Counted from the first letter of the stretch, positions 19,201-33,000 are shown. The stretch: 64,000 nt of DNA from Mytilus trossulus (GCF_036588685.1 NC_086376.1:58094001-58158000), one strand, 5' to 3'. A program made the numbers and translations. The notes: generated from the letters alone by a model not told the origin.

Positions 19201-20131
19201 AGATATGTCAAATCTCTTCGGTCAAATGTAAAAAGTTGCGCCGCATCCATCTCAATGATTTTCACTATTTACTATTTTTGTAAATGCAATCGTTTTTGAG
19301 ATATCGACTAAAAAGTTGTAAGGTCAAAGGTCAAGGTCAACCTTAGAAGGCTTTAAAACACACTGAAAATCCTTCAAATAAGTTCAAAAACACATAATTC
19401 ACTACATTTGACATGACCTTGACCTTTGACCTTTTGACCTTTGTCAAGGTCATTAGTCCCCAATGTCATTGCTGAAGACCCCATGGGTCTAGAACCTTTG
19501 GTTATATAGCAAAAGCTGAATTTGTCTTTTCAGAAACCTAAAACAGGGGTTATGCCCCTTATAAAAAGGTCAAATCTCTTTGGTCAAAATGTAACAAAGT
19601 TGCGCCGTAATGACCCAAACATTTTCCACTATTTAAAACTTCTGTAAGTATAATGGTTTCTGAGATTATCCCATAACAAGGTGTTAGGTCAAAGGTCAAG
19701 GTCAACATACAAATTTGACCTTGAGGTATTTTTCAAAGATACATGAATTGATGATGATTGGTGAAGATCCTAGGTGTCTACGACTTACAGTTTCTGAGTT
19801 TAAGTGGCCAACCGACACCGGTTAATTTTCAAAGGGGCATAACCCTACCAATGAGTCGTTGAATCTTTTCGATCCAAATGTAACGAAGAACCGGGGTCTG
19901 GTCCTGAACAAATTTCACCCTTTGCTTTTTTTCTACCTATTACGGTTACGATGTTGGAACGATAACAAGGTTTTTGGGTTTCGGAGGGATTACTCCGAAC
20001 CGACAAAATATTTCGACTCACAGGGTGAGTTCCAGATAGGTATTCATGACACCAATACAAAGTGTGAACATGAAAGCGACATGGTTTACGGTTACGGAGG
20101 GAAATTTTGTCAAAGTTTGGCGGAACAAAAA

Positions 20132-20171
<40 letters not shown>

Positions 20172-20238
20172 CAGAAGAAATACAGTAAGGTCTTTCCTTA
20201 TAGATAAAGGAAAGACCTTAATAATAATAATAATAATT

Positions 20239-21450
20239 AAAAACCAATTGTTCAGAGAACCATTGATGGTCTTTCCACCAGTAAAGATATTTTTTTATAT
20301 GAAAATATTCAAATTTGGTTTTAAATGTCAATTTTAGCCGTCAAATGACAGCTTATTGAACGCTGATTCCAAAAATATATGGTTTCTATACAAAAAGATA
20401 TAAATAAGGGAGATCATTCTTTACTTCCGGTTTAAAATATGTTGTTTCCGGTATTTTTCGATAGTTTACTTGACACTGATTTCATAAATATATGGTTCTA
20501 TATACTTTTACATTAATTTAGTACAAAATATAGCTACTTCCGGTTAACAAATTGTCACTTCCGGTTGGCTTTTTCTAGATCACATTGCTTGCAACCTAAT
20601 GCAAAAAAAACCATGGCTTTATCATGTATACATATGAGGTAAAAGCAAAGGTCAAAATCTAGAACGTTAAATTTACATATGACCTTGAGCTAAATTTCAA
20701 GGTCATCAGCCAAGGACCTCAAATCAAAAGACTCTAGGCCTCTACCTTATACTGTTAATGAGTTATATTACCATACAACTAATATTAGATATAAAAGGGG
20801 GAAAACTTGCCTCAAACGTCTACATACTCTTTCAACTAATATTTACGTGTTACGACATGTCGCAACTAACAATTGTGTGAAAATATTTTGTCGATATCTT
20901 AAAAGATTTCTGAAAATAAGAGATCACAAGCCAAAATCAAAATTTTAAACATGACTTTGACCTTTGACCTTGACCTCATTTTCATTATTTTGGACCAAGG
21001 ACCTCAAAACAAAAGACCCTAGGCCTCTAACACTTATGGTTTTCCAGTTAAAAATGCATATCACTTATATCAAATATAAAAGGGGAAATAACTCTCATAT
21101 GGAGTCTCCGGATAGCTTCGGTGAAAATAAATCAAATCATCCTGAGGATATAACGAGCAATTCGGTTAAATAAATTTGTCGGTTTCTTATATGGTTGTGA
21201 ATATTAAGCGATCACAAGAAAAACAGTGTTTGGGGAGATAACTCTTACATTGAAAAGATTTTGGTTACGCGGTGTCAGTTTCAAAAGCGTATTAATTGTT
21301 CGATATCATATACCATATATCTAAGCGACATCTTGCGAAACCAAAAAATTGCGAAGGAACAAAAAGTTGGCGGAAGAAAAAAAATAATAATAATAATAAT
21401 AATCAGAAGAAAACCAATAGGTCTTTCCACGGAAAAGTGGAAAGACCTAA
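20239..21450 (-). mobile_element. Complete HINE on the minus strand inserted in an (AAT)n tract
   Basis: Right end has inverted repeat taggtctttccac-ggaaaa-gtggaaagaccta (21418-21449) next to (AAT)n. Left end has the matching subterminal ggtctttccac (20268-20278) and imperfect hairpin caattgttc-aga-gaaccattg (20245-20265). Confidence 0.8.
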
Positions 21451-24400
21451 TAATCAGAAGAAATACAGTAAGGTCTTTCCTTATAGAAAAAGGAAAGACC
21501 TTAATTACCCGTTCTTTATCCTAGAACTAATACATAGTTTTATTGTTTAATTAGTCCTCGTCCTGAATATGCACGAAGATAACAACGTCTTCATACAATT
21601 AAATAACAATAATATTTTTCTTAGCGATGCACGTGGGGATGTAATTTATAAGACACCATGCTTTCTATATGAAGGGACTTAATTAAAAACATCAAATTAA
21701 GAATGTTTCATAATATACCTAATGCAAGTGCAAAGAACGATGCAACTAACAAATAAATTAAGCTACAGCTGAGTTCAGATTAAAGCTTAAACTGTTCTTT
21801 TTGGATTACAAAAAAATCACTCAATATTTTGAGTACTTGTTTTAAAAGCAGTGCACATTTGTTCACTGGACTAGTAATTCCCAGGCTTTTTCTTTTTCAA
21901 TTAGAGCTTCAAACGATAACATTAGATGAAATATAATAAAACTAATATACGCCATTATCAATGTCAATGAATGACTGAAATGAACAAAGAGATTTTTTTA
22001 TAGAAAACATACCATGCTGTTTATTAAAGCAATTATTTTGGTCTATTTAAAATAAAAACCTATATTTTTATCTCTCGTTTAAATGGTTTTTGATTGAGAT
22101 GCTACTCTGTGACATTTTTTCAAAAAATATTATTCAATTTTAATCAAAGTGAGTTAATACGTTTCATTTCCAACTTAAACATTAGTTAAGTAAAAGCAAA
22201 CATGGAACCGAATTATTTTAATTATTTGTAATTATTTAAGCAATCTAAATTAAGTTCGATGTTTTAAACACCTTTTTAACAATCATTTAAACAAAATGAC
22301 ATGATAGTTAACACGTAAACTTCAGCATTTGAGAATCAAATGGAAAGTCAATAAACTGTTTATGAAAATGTATTTGATTCATAAAAACATTGTTCGTTAT
22401 CAACTGGTACTCTGTAGGTCCGGTACTCTGTAGGTCTTACATCTTATGTACATGATACATTTAAAAATTACTCACCACATTAAAGCCGTGAAAATTTTAT
22501 AAAATCGGTAAAATTTGCCATTTACGCTCTGATTTACGCGTAAAGTATCTATGTTAAGACAGAAGTTTAATCAATTTTATATTACTTTAGCATAAAAATT
22601 TAATAAACTACATTTTTTTCTTCATGAAACATCGGAATGGTATATAAATAAATAAAAATGCCATTATTCAAACATGATCATTTAACGTTATTGTTGTGAA
22701 TTTTAAGTAAGATAAAAGCCGTGGTTATTGATCAGAGGCTTTTACTTTCCGCCCTGTATGGATGTGGAAAGACTTTTCCGGTATTAAAGCGCCGTGTGTT
22801 TTAAATATGCGGCAATACATCAATACCACGCTGGCAATTTAGCTGTAATTTGAATGTAACATGACATAATAAAAATACTTTTCAGGCGCATCACTCTTAA
22901 TAATTATGGTAATAGAACAGCTCTACGTCTAAACGGCTGAAAATTATGTTATTTTCACTCATAAAGATTGGCTCATTGAATCACTGTACAAGAAAATTGA
23001 CATGGCAAATTATAACTATACTGGTTCGTAATTTGATCTAGTCACACCTGAAAACATAATAACTAGCAGAAACATGTCTTATGGTACGGAATGTCTTATA
23101 TAAACAATATATAAAACCACAGAGAACTCTGTAACCCAGATATGTATACGTCAAACAGAGACGAATGTTTGGAATGTTACAATAGAATATCTGTACTTTC
23201 AACTAGACTTAAGAAAAGTGTCTTATTAATGTTGGTCCTTTAGAGTTTAAGGTTTTCTTTTCTTCTCTGACAAGTTGAGGATCATTTACCAAAGTCTGTC
23301 TTATTTGAGCAAATGTTTACATGTACTTTAAAAAACTTCTTGGTTACAAACAAATCATTCAGTTTGGAGTTCATAAGATCCTCCAGGTACTATACAAAAG
23401 CGAAGACTCTGGTGGATAGTTGACTAATTTTCAACAATACCACATCTCCTTTTTTTTCATCCTGCATGTTCCTTCTTGGAATTCTGATGTTTTAAACGAC
23501 CCCGGTATATTTTAAATGGCATTTGGATATTTTAAATAATTCAGTACATAATAAATAACGAGTAACGCATGCACAGTGTACTTTTTTCTCATACTTCACA
23601 AATTTCCCTATCCCTCTGTCTCGTGATGGCTTCCATTATTGTTATATAGATATCAACAATTTCGGCAGACAATTATCCTTTAAACGACATTGATTTAATT
23701 AATCTCAAAATGCCGATTCGTCTCTTTTGGACATTAATGTTCAATTGTTTTGACTAGAAAAGTGACATTTACCCTTATAGTCATCAGTTGTAAACGACTA
23801 TCAATAAAATTACGATTCTGTTACAAGAAAAAACATTAAAGGTGTTCCCTGCAAGACAGAAGGGTTTAAATATTCAGACACAAGACCAGACCAAGAGCGT
23901 TATTAGTAGTTATAAACTTGGTTAGACTACTCTGTTTTTTTTTCAAGTTTACGACGAAGCCAAGAAAATGAAGATCGTTTTGATTAATATTCCTTCAATT
24001 ATTTAAATTCTGCATGGTATAAAACTAGAAACCTAATAACGTTAGTCATCATGCTTCACGTGACATCTTTTTCAATATAAAATTTCATTCCAAAATGTAA
24101 AGAATTTATAGTGAATTTTTGAGAGTTTGATTAAATAACCATTCCCATGGAGATCTAAATGATGCTCGTATTTAGACATTTTCATTTTACAGTTGGCACA
24201 TCAACAGGGAAACTTCATTGACTTAAAAACTTTGGTATCAATATGCTGCATGAATCGAATTTTATTAGAAAAATCAATGCGAGAGAATCACGTTTGATAC
24301 TTCTACCAGAACTTCTTATAGTGCATCTTGGCGGCATCTTATTGAATTTAGCCAAGTTATAGAAATCATCATTGTATTTTGCATGTTAACTTTACATAAA

Positions 24401-25797
24401 TAACGTGATTATTTATCAATTTAAAAAGGGTAGGGCAAAAATTCCTCGAACGTTTTTTGTTTCTTTAGGTTTTTTTGTACCATTGATAATTGTCCTTCAA
24501 ATATGTAAAGTACTTAATAATAACCCCAGTGAAAATTAGTCTCGAATAAACATCACAAGGACTATTAAAGATCTGCTATTATTATCAAATTTACAAAATG
24601 ACAAAAACCGTGCATATGCCGAGAGTCAAGAGTGCTGAAAGTTCTCATTTGTGACAGACAAATAAATATATAACAGAAATAAATATGACCTCTATTTATA
24701 GCTCACACTCATTTTAGCTCGACCAATTGAATATAAAAAATATATTTATTTATAAAAGAAGGTTCAATTAGAACTAGTTTACAATTGATGCTTAAGTCTG
24801 TGATAACGATAAACGATAAACAAAATAATGGATCCACACAAATACAAATTTATACTCTCTGAAAAGGAATCATTAACAGAAATATAGCTGTTTGAAAATT
24901 TCGATACTTGATCGAAACAAACCTTGAAAACTTACTCGTTATGCCATTAAATAGCACTTACAATGGTTAAAATTAATACATTAACTGATGGTGTCGTTAA
25001 TTGTGAGCACTCGACATCTCCTTGTATTTTATTTGTATTACAATTTAACATTTGAAGCACACATAAATAAGTGGTGCTGAATCAATGGTAACTGTTTACG
25101 CTTTAACGAATCAATTTGATTACCTGTTTCCCTGAAAGCGAGAGAAAAAAACATGACCTCCAATTGCCTTATGCATATTGAACATATCCCTTATTTATCC
25201 AAAGCCAAATATTTAGACAGGCCAATTGATTTATTAGAGCGAAGGCTTACAAACGAATCGCAAAATAATTACGTTTTCATGTGTATACAAAGACCCGTTG
25301 ATAGCATTGAGCTACAACTAAATCTTCTGTAGGCAGATGCCAATAATTCGTTAGCTTTGTACTACTAGTCTCCTCCAAGATATTTACATATTAAAACACA
25401 ATAATAATTGAATGTTATTTGACGTTCAAATTGACAACCGGATATCCACGTCATATTTTTCACAATTTAGCTGTGTTTTATGTGTTTAAACAGTAAAGCG
25501 GAGGTTGCTGACATAATCCAACTCTAAAAATTGTTCATATTACCAGCTGATCAAGATGTAAGAAAACGGTGAGCTTTTTTTTGGTTTGGAAAACTTTTAA
25601 ATTCAGTAACTGCAAAATGACGTGACTAGGATGGCCAACAATAAATTATAATTATATAACATGTTTCGTGTACAAGATTTTTTATTATTTTTTATACAGT
25701 CTTGCCCTTGATTGCACTATCACACGTCCGGTTATAAAGTTAAAATTCAAACTGAAGCATTTAAAAAAGGTAAAAATACATGTAATTCAGAGGCATT

Positions 25798-25937
25798 GGG
25801 TGTGTTTGGATATACGCCTGAGGCGGCCTATGGTTACCCATAGGTACCTATGGTTTGATATTTTATACACAAAATATCAAACCATAGGTACCTATGGATA
25901 ACCATAGGCTGCCTCAGGCGTATATCCAAACACACCC
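25798..25937. mobile_element. 140-bp fold-back MITE with 3-bp ATT TSD (PIF/Harbinger group, Pangu-type AWT target)
   Basis: 67-bp arms (2 mismatches) around a 6-nt loop; GGG...CCC termini; att at 25795-25797 and 25938-25940. Subgroup inferred from the TSD only. Confidence 0.85.
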
Positions 25938-26669
25938 ATTGATTCTAAGTAAAAAAAAAGTGACGCCTAATTTTGTATCACACATTTTAAAAGCTATTGT
26001 CTGACACATAACTTTGATAAAAATGCTTTAAAACCAAAACAAATTTACAATCAATTGTTACTCTTTGAACTATCAATAAGAGATTTCTCAATTAAAAAAG
26101 TACATTCCTCTTCCAATGCTTTAATTAAAAAAAGCTGAAATAAACTCTGAAAGCAGTAACGCATACTAAACGATGTACTTTATGCCACAAACCATTATTG
26201 ACATCTTTATAAATGTGGAAATACAACTACTATTCGAATATACATGTACACAAATGTACATTGAAGGAAATATAGGGTATGTGTCAAAGAGACAGTAACA
26301 AATACAGAATTACCAAAAGACGTAGAGGTCAAAATGCAATGTTCAACATAATCTGGATAATGCAGTTCCTCCTCGAAACAGATCTCTACTAGTCATGCAA
26401 TGTTTGCAATCGTAGAGAAGCGGAATTTAAAGTCCGAATTACTTGGGTTATGCTAAATAATAAAAAAAAATATCTACTGATGGCAAATTCCAATAATATC
26501 TCGATAATTTAAGTCTTATAAAGCATGTCTACATATTATTTTGAATTCGAATTTAATTGATCAGTTTGAAAATCTTATGAAACTGCCGGATCAAGATTCG
26601 AGCAGTGAGTACACATGTATGTGAAAGTATAAAGATTATCTATCCAGCACAGTAAAGTTTCTCGAGTAA

Positions 26670-27002
26670 GGCAGCAACCATTTGATTTTCTGGGGAGGAG
26701 GGGGGGGGGGGGGGGGGGGGGTGGCTATGGTTTTTTTTTTTCCGTGCAAACTTTTTTTTATCGCCTTCGGCGAAGAACAATCTAATTTTTTTTAGCGACA
26801 AACCGAAAACAATTTTTTTTCTTTCAATTTTAGCATTACATATAGCAGCATCTGAGGGTGAAACAAACATTTTTTTTCTTTCTCAGGGTCCAAAACAAAT
26901 TATTTTTTTTTCACCAAAACCTGGAAACAAACTTTTTTTTGGAAAAAAACCCATAGCCCCCCCCCCCCCCCCCCCCCCACAGAAAATGAAATGGTTGCTG
27001 CC
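26670..27002. mobile_element. Tourist/PIF-Harbinger-like MITE with TAA TSD
   Basis: TIR ggcagcaaccatttgattttctg-(G)n-gctatgg / ccatagc-(C)n-cagaaaatgaaatggttgctgcc; taa at 26667-26669 and 27003-27005. Confidence 0.88.
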
Positions 27003-30000
27003 TAAAGAACCTAAACGACACATGGCATTGATTAAATCAAAAGAAAACAAATAGATTACATACATTATATCAGTTTGAAATTTGCAACTTGCGAAATAGG
27101 AAATATAATAACACATTTACCATCGTTATATGCACGGACAGTTTAATTCGAGAATCCTTTATTTGATACATGATATAAAACTAAAGCAATAGCTGGTATC
27201 TCAGGGACAACAAACTTTCTATTCCTCCTCACAACAGCTTAATAAGTGTATACTATGACACACTATATATAGAATGTCAGTTTTTCTGCATAGTATTAAA
27301 CATTTCCTGGATGAATGAAAACTCGGTGCAATCCAGGTAACATAGTTTGAAACCGAAGGCGTATATATTGTGTGAAGGAAGTACCCTTATTATGTTCAAG
27401 TTTTGACATTTAAGAAAATTCTTATCAGCTTCATCAGCATGGATGAAATCAATTTCAAAAGGCGATGTATGATTTACGTCTTTTCACACAACGCATTGTT
27501 GGCTTAAACATAAAAATTGATTGGAACCGCTTTTCTGCCTTCCTTTAATTGAGAAAGCCCATTGTTTGCATGGTGCAATAATAACGTTCTAAGATAACAT
27601 TGATTCAGAAGAAAGAAAGCCAAGGCTAAAAAGCTCAACACGAAACAGGTTGGCAATTAATTTTCGTTCGGCTAGGTGTTCCGGATATTTGTTTACGAGT
27701 CAGTGAGTTTCACTAAGTTTTATATCGATATATTATCAATGTTTAGAACTGGGCGTTTTTCCTGTTATCAGCTTACATAAGAACGTACTTACACATTGTA
27801 ATAAAAGAAACACAAACATATAAGCTTGAATATATTAATTACTATGCACCTAAAATTCAGGTGTTTTATAGTCAATGGTAGAATAAATTTATTTCATGCA
27901 TATCATCGTATTTGCCTGCTGTTTTAAATTTCAATGTCGTAATTCAGGAAGTAAATAGCAACATACATAGTCACCCTTACGTCTTCACTGATTGTGCCGG
28001 TTCATTATTTCTAAGTAAATAACGCTACAATTTCATGCATCGATATAACGATACAACGTATATAGTTGCTGTTTTTGTTTAATAATACAGAAACATATTG
28101 AAATATATCATAATTTATCCTGTTAAAACTTGATAGTATGAGAAATTTGAAATGCAAATATGTAATCTTCCAATATAATAGCACCATTATTATCTATAGA
28201 TCAATATTAATGAATAAGTATTAGGTATTCCTCACATAACAGCACTATTAGTATTTATAGATCAAAATCAATGGTAAATAGTCGGTGCTGTGAATAATGA
28301 TGAAAATGATAACCAATTTTAACATCTTCTGTACTATGATTTCAAGAATCTTAAACATGTATATTTTCACGATATTAATCAGTTCATTTTTTTCTTTTAA
28401 ATGGGTTCGTTACAAGTAAAAAGACGTCTACAGGTCGAATCCAATGGTGCATAAGTTACTTTTTCACTCTCTAAATCTCCAACAGTGTAGAAATATTGTG
28501 AATATTGTGAAAAAAATACTTTAACAGACTTAAATTAACAAAAATAACATCCTCATGTGACAAATAACACTGAAAAACCACACACACTAACGAGGTTCCC
28601 TTCTTAGGAGACATAAACACGTGTTGACAGTAAAACAAAGTTTGAAGGGATAATTCATTAAGAAACTTATTTTCCCTGCTTAGACCACTTACCTTAAACA
28701 ATCTTCTTGCAATTATTCAATCTTATTCACATAGTATTGAAAATCAAAACATAACATGTAATATCGGAGGTTCAAATTTCAAATAAGGAAACATTTTTCT
28801 ACGTCTTAGGGTATTTTTTTTTTATTGAAAGTTAGTAAAGCATAACGATTAGCAAGGTATATATGTGTTACTTCTTCTTATACATTTGTAAAACAATAAA
28901 CATCAGGTCAGTATGTGTAGACACGGAGATGGTAGAAGAAATTAAAACGAAAACAGGCTCACAAATAAAAACTGACACGTCGGTGACCGCTCCGATATTT
29001 TCAAAAATACTAAGATTCAACAAAATAGTAGAATCAAATATAAATGAGTATATGGTCTCTATTACTCGTAATCACTTCAAACAAGTATTTTGGAAACTTT
29101 AATTTAAATTTCAGTTATTCAAGATTTTTACAAAAAAATTATAACCGAAAATGATCGAATATATTAGTCATCATTAGATATTTCAATGCAAATTTCTCAT
29201 CATGTTTACGTTAAAATATGTGTAAAAAAGATATTCACGGAGAACATTGAATTATAAATAAATGCTATTAACAAAAGTTAATGCATTAATGATTTCTAGA
29301 AGACAACTCTTCTCAAAGACCAACTGACGTAAAAGTAAGCAACATATATGTCGCCGTACGGTCTTAAACAAAGAACAAAACCCTTACAGTAGATTGAAGC
29401 TATTATGTATATATATGTAATACGGTTACTGCAATGATTGTAAATCAATTAATAATGATGAAAAAAAGAGAACATGCAAGGCTTTGCAAATGAACTGTAA
29501 ACATCTTTAGAACAAAGACATAGGACATATTTCTGCTAAATTAATTTCAAAACAGAAAATATTTTCCTTTCCACATATAGATTTCCAATTTCAAATTGAA
29601 AAACATATTTATTCAATTATATCATATTATTATATTTGAAAAGTGTTTTCAAAAGCAATTATTGTAGCTTTTTGGGCCAGCACATGCATCTTTTACATGT
29701 AAAAAAACAGCTAAATTCAAATGACGGCTTGAATAGCTCTTGAAAATGTACATATACAGTAAAGGGACCTTCGCTATAGTAATGCTGGGGTAGATTCACA
29801 TTTGCTAACACGTACATTGTCATACTTTTCAACAGGATGTATTAAGGTAATCTAATGTGCAATATAAAAAAAAAAAAAACACTTTATAGAAGATTAATAT
29901 AATAAATTTGTTTCTGATCAACACAAACTATTCCATTCTATAGACAGATGGTAAAACTCTTGATATCTGTTAAATAGCATGTGGTAGACTAATAGGTTAC

Positions 30001-33000
30001 TAATCAGAAACTATTTACAATATTAACATTGCTGCCGTTTGTAATTAATAAACACTTATTACTGTATTTCCTGGTAAAAGCATACATTTGTATATGTATT
30101 CCATGCTGGAACGCCATGACCAGATTAAAATAATAGCATTTAAATTTGCAGCATTAATAAGAATATTTACAAATGTATGGTATTCAATGGAATCTACCAC
30201 AAACATTGGAATAATTAAGGCGATTTTCGTATAAAATGGTTAAAAAAGTTCACAACATCCAAAGATAATCTACAACGTTTTCATTGAAATTATATAACAT
30301 GTCTGTTTATCTGCTCATATAAGTTAGAGAAATCGTTTAACCTTGAATTCAAATTGTCATCATGCAAAATTATTTTGCAACAGATGCATTATTTTAATTT
30401 ATAAAAAAAATAAATGTTTCCACCTCGTTTCCACTAATTTTGTGAAAAATATTTTGCGTCAATCGTAAACAAGAACTTTGATGTTCATAGAAAAAAAAAG
30501 TTTGCGGAAGGAAGAATAGTGGCGCAACGATTACTATATGATGTCTGCACCAAAAAGACTAACTACATGTAAAAGTTAACGTTATACTATGTAGTGATAG
30601 AGAAAATGTTAGACTCGAAACTGCCAAATGAAACTAACATACCTTCCTAAGTTTATATAAACTATATATAATACTGATATTTGAGTCTGTGTGTCAGCAC
30701 AGCAATTTATTCTATAATTAACTATAACCCTGGTACCATATTGTACATTTCTGAGCTGACAGTTGTATTGTAATGACGTCATGCAATATACCATTTGTTT
30801 CATACACAAACTGACGTTTCCGTGATGTCACGTGGTTATACTCTAATCTGTAGGGAAATAATGTTCTTTCTTTAATCAGATTGAACTATATATACACACA
30901 ACAAAGGAAAAAAAAACCAAGATCCTCATTCAATCTTTTTAATTATTCTATTTCATGACCAAGTTGTACTCAAGTTTAACTCTTCTGCACTGTTATACTT
31001 TAAATAAGTACAATGCGTACTACCAGCTACGTTTGTCGGGTTTAAAATCTAAAATCTAAAATCGGAAATATTTTTTATCATTTATATAAGACATGAATAA
31101 TGTATTTCATTTGACTGACATTTTTCACCTTGAATTTATCAGAAACGAATATTTTGATATTATCAAAAATCAGTTTTTATGTTTGATTTCTGTTTATTTT
31201 TAGACAAGATGACGTAGAGAATACAGTTTGACAAATTTAAGAGCTGTTCTTTAGAGTTTCGTCTCTAGTACACAGCTCCAGTATTTTTTGACTTTTACAA
31301 GGTTAATGCCACGCTTTTCGAAATAAAATGGCAATTCTAGTCAATTAATCTGACATGTTAGTGGAATAAGAAAGTAAAACTTTTATGTTTTAATAATAGT
31401 GGGTGTTTTTAGTATTCTGAAAGATTGGTTCAGGGTTGCATAATGATTTGTCTAACAACAACCAAAAAAAAAAAAGGCAAAAAAAAACCCAACCAATAAA
31501 CAATCGCAAGGAGAAAAGTGTAGAATGTCACAATATTCTTTTCCGAGTTATAAAAGTACGGACAAAAAAATAAATAAAAGAGATATTCTACATGTAATAA
31601 GACAGAAAACCGACGATGAAAAATAAACGAAATGGCACAAACCCATCAACTCATTTTCATACATTAGTTATCCCAGTAAAATTATCAGATTCATGTTTAC
31701 ACAACTAGAAAAAAAGTGTTTATAGGAAATCGTGATAATGTAAACGTATCTGGGAGCCATTTAAAATATGATATCTAAATGACACTGTTACATAATCGTC
31801 CCATTTTCTTCAGAAACAACGCAACGCAAATTGCTAAATTTTTTTCAAGAAGACATATTATGACGGTTTGCTTCAATGGTACAAACCAGCGTATTCACAG
31901 AAAAGTACCGATCGTTGGACGAAAATCGCCAAATTTTCATTTTTTTTTGTAAACAGAGTGCCTCCTTAAATAGCTGTTTTAAATACTGTGGACGAAGCTC
32001 ACTCTCATTAGAATTCAGTATGAGGCAATCGGTACATGTCTCACAACTACGTGACACAATCGACCCTGAAACTTTCGCCCCTTTTGGAATTGTATAACAA
32101 ATACAATAACTCCACACCTATATTTTAAAAGTAAACATCCATGCTAGTAGCATTACATCATATTAATTGCACCATTGAGTAAAGAGACTGGTATTATTAA
32201 TTTCTCTAAGGATTTGTAGTGAGTACTTTTAGTGAGTACCTACTACTTTTACGTCATGCTATAAATACCCAAGACAATTGAGAGCAAGATAACAGTCATT
32301 TTTTTTTTATTTCATATTCCAAAGTTGTTGTGAGGACATGAACTATTATGTTTTAAAATAACTTTACATGAAATAATGGTAATATTCCAATGCAACACTC
32401 ATAGTAAAACAATACAGAAGCGTGACGCTAGATTTTAGTACCTCAAGATGATGATGATTTTCTTTTTTATAACCTCTAATTATGTTTTAGAGTATATATT
32501 GTGATATACAGTAATTATGTTAAGAACTACATAAACCATTACAGATACAACACGCCAATACCATTCGACTTAATTGACTATTTATCTAACTCTGATAACA
32601 CAAATTTACAGTTTTGTAGAATTCATTCTCATCTCAGATATGAAAATTAAAGAATTCAAATTCAATATTGAAAAGAAAGATAAGAATATTTCTTGCTATG
32701 ACCGATTTATGATGTGTCTGGCTGAAACACAAATTTCACCGGTAGTACCGAATCCACGCCATTTAAAGTGCAACCTTTAAAGTACACCCTTACACGAGGA
32801 TTTGTGTTTAGCGTGCACTCTTCTTGATTTGGAGACCTGTGAGAATTGTAATAAAAAATCTTTTGTAAAATATTCGTTTTAAACTTTTATTTCGTGTTCA
32901 CAACAAATTTCTTGTTCATTTGGACGTGGGACGTGGCATGCACTTATTAGGGACTGGCATGATCCTTGCGTAGTATTAAATTAAGGCAACATCAGATTAC

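Larger units (their letters stand above)
15290..20220 (-). mobile_element. Helentron-type terminal region with ~355-bp tandem units, interrupted by the 16529-19200 insertion
   Basis: ggggttatgcc at 15803, 16157, 16508 and 19546; period is ~355 once the insertion is removed. Right end has (AAT)n plus inverted repeat taaggtctttcctt...aaggaaagacctta (20186-20220). No matching opposite end is visible to the left; the left boundary is approximate. Confidence 0.7.

Noticed and set aside
16528-19201. LTR retrotransposon / TRIM reading (repeats can be drawn as TG...CA)
   Set aside because: That boundary leaves only a 2-bp TSD, and there is no primer-binding site or polypurine tract on either strand. 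GG...CC ends with a 4-bp TSD and per-repeat TIRs fit better.
16805-19283. Duplicate small ORFs 16805-16999 and 19023-19283
   Set aside because: Both start at TTG inside the 454-bp repeats and run out into unrelated flanks; no recognisable domain.
11179-21503. Second cargo gene (e.g. Fanzor/TnpB-like nuclease or RPA) downstream of the Helentron ORF
   Set aside because: No ORF of adequate length and no RuvC or OB-fold motifs seen; the region is repeats and AT-rich spacer.
20107-21550. ORFs with poly-Ile or poly-Asn runs
   Set aside because: Translations of (AAT)n microsatellites at HINE ends.
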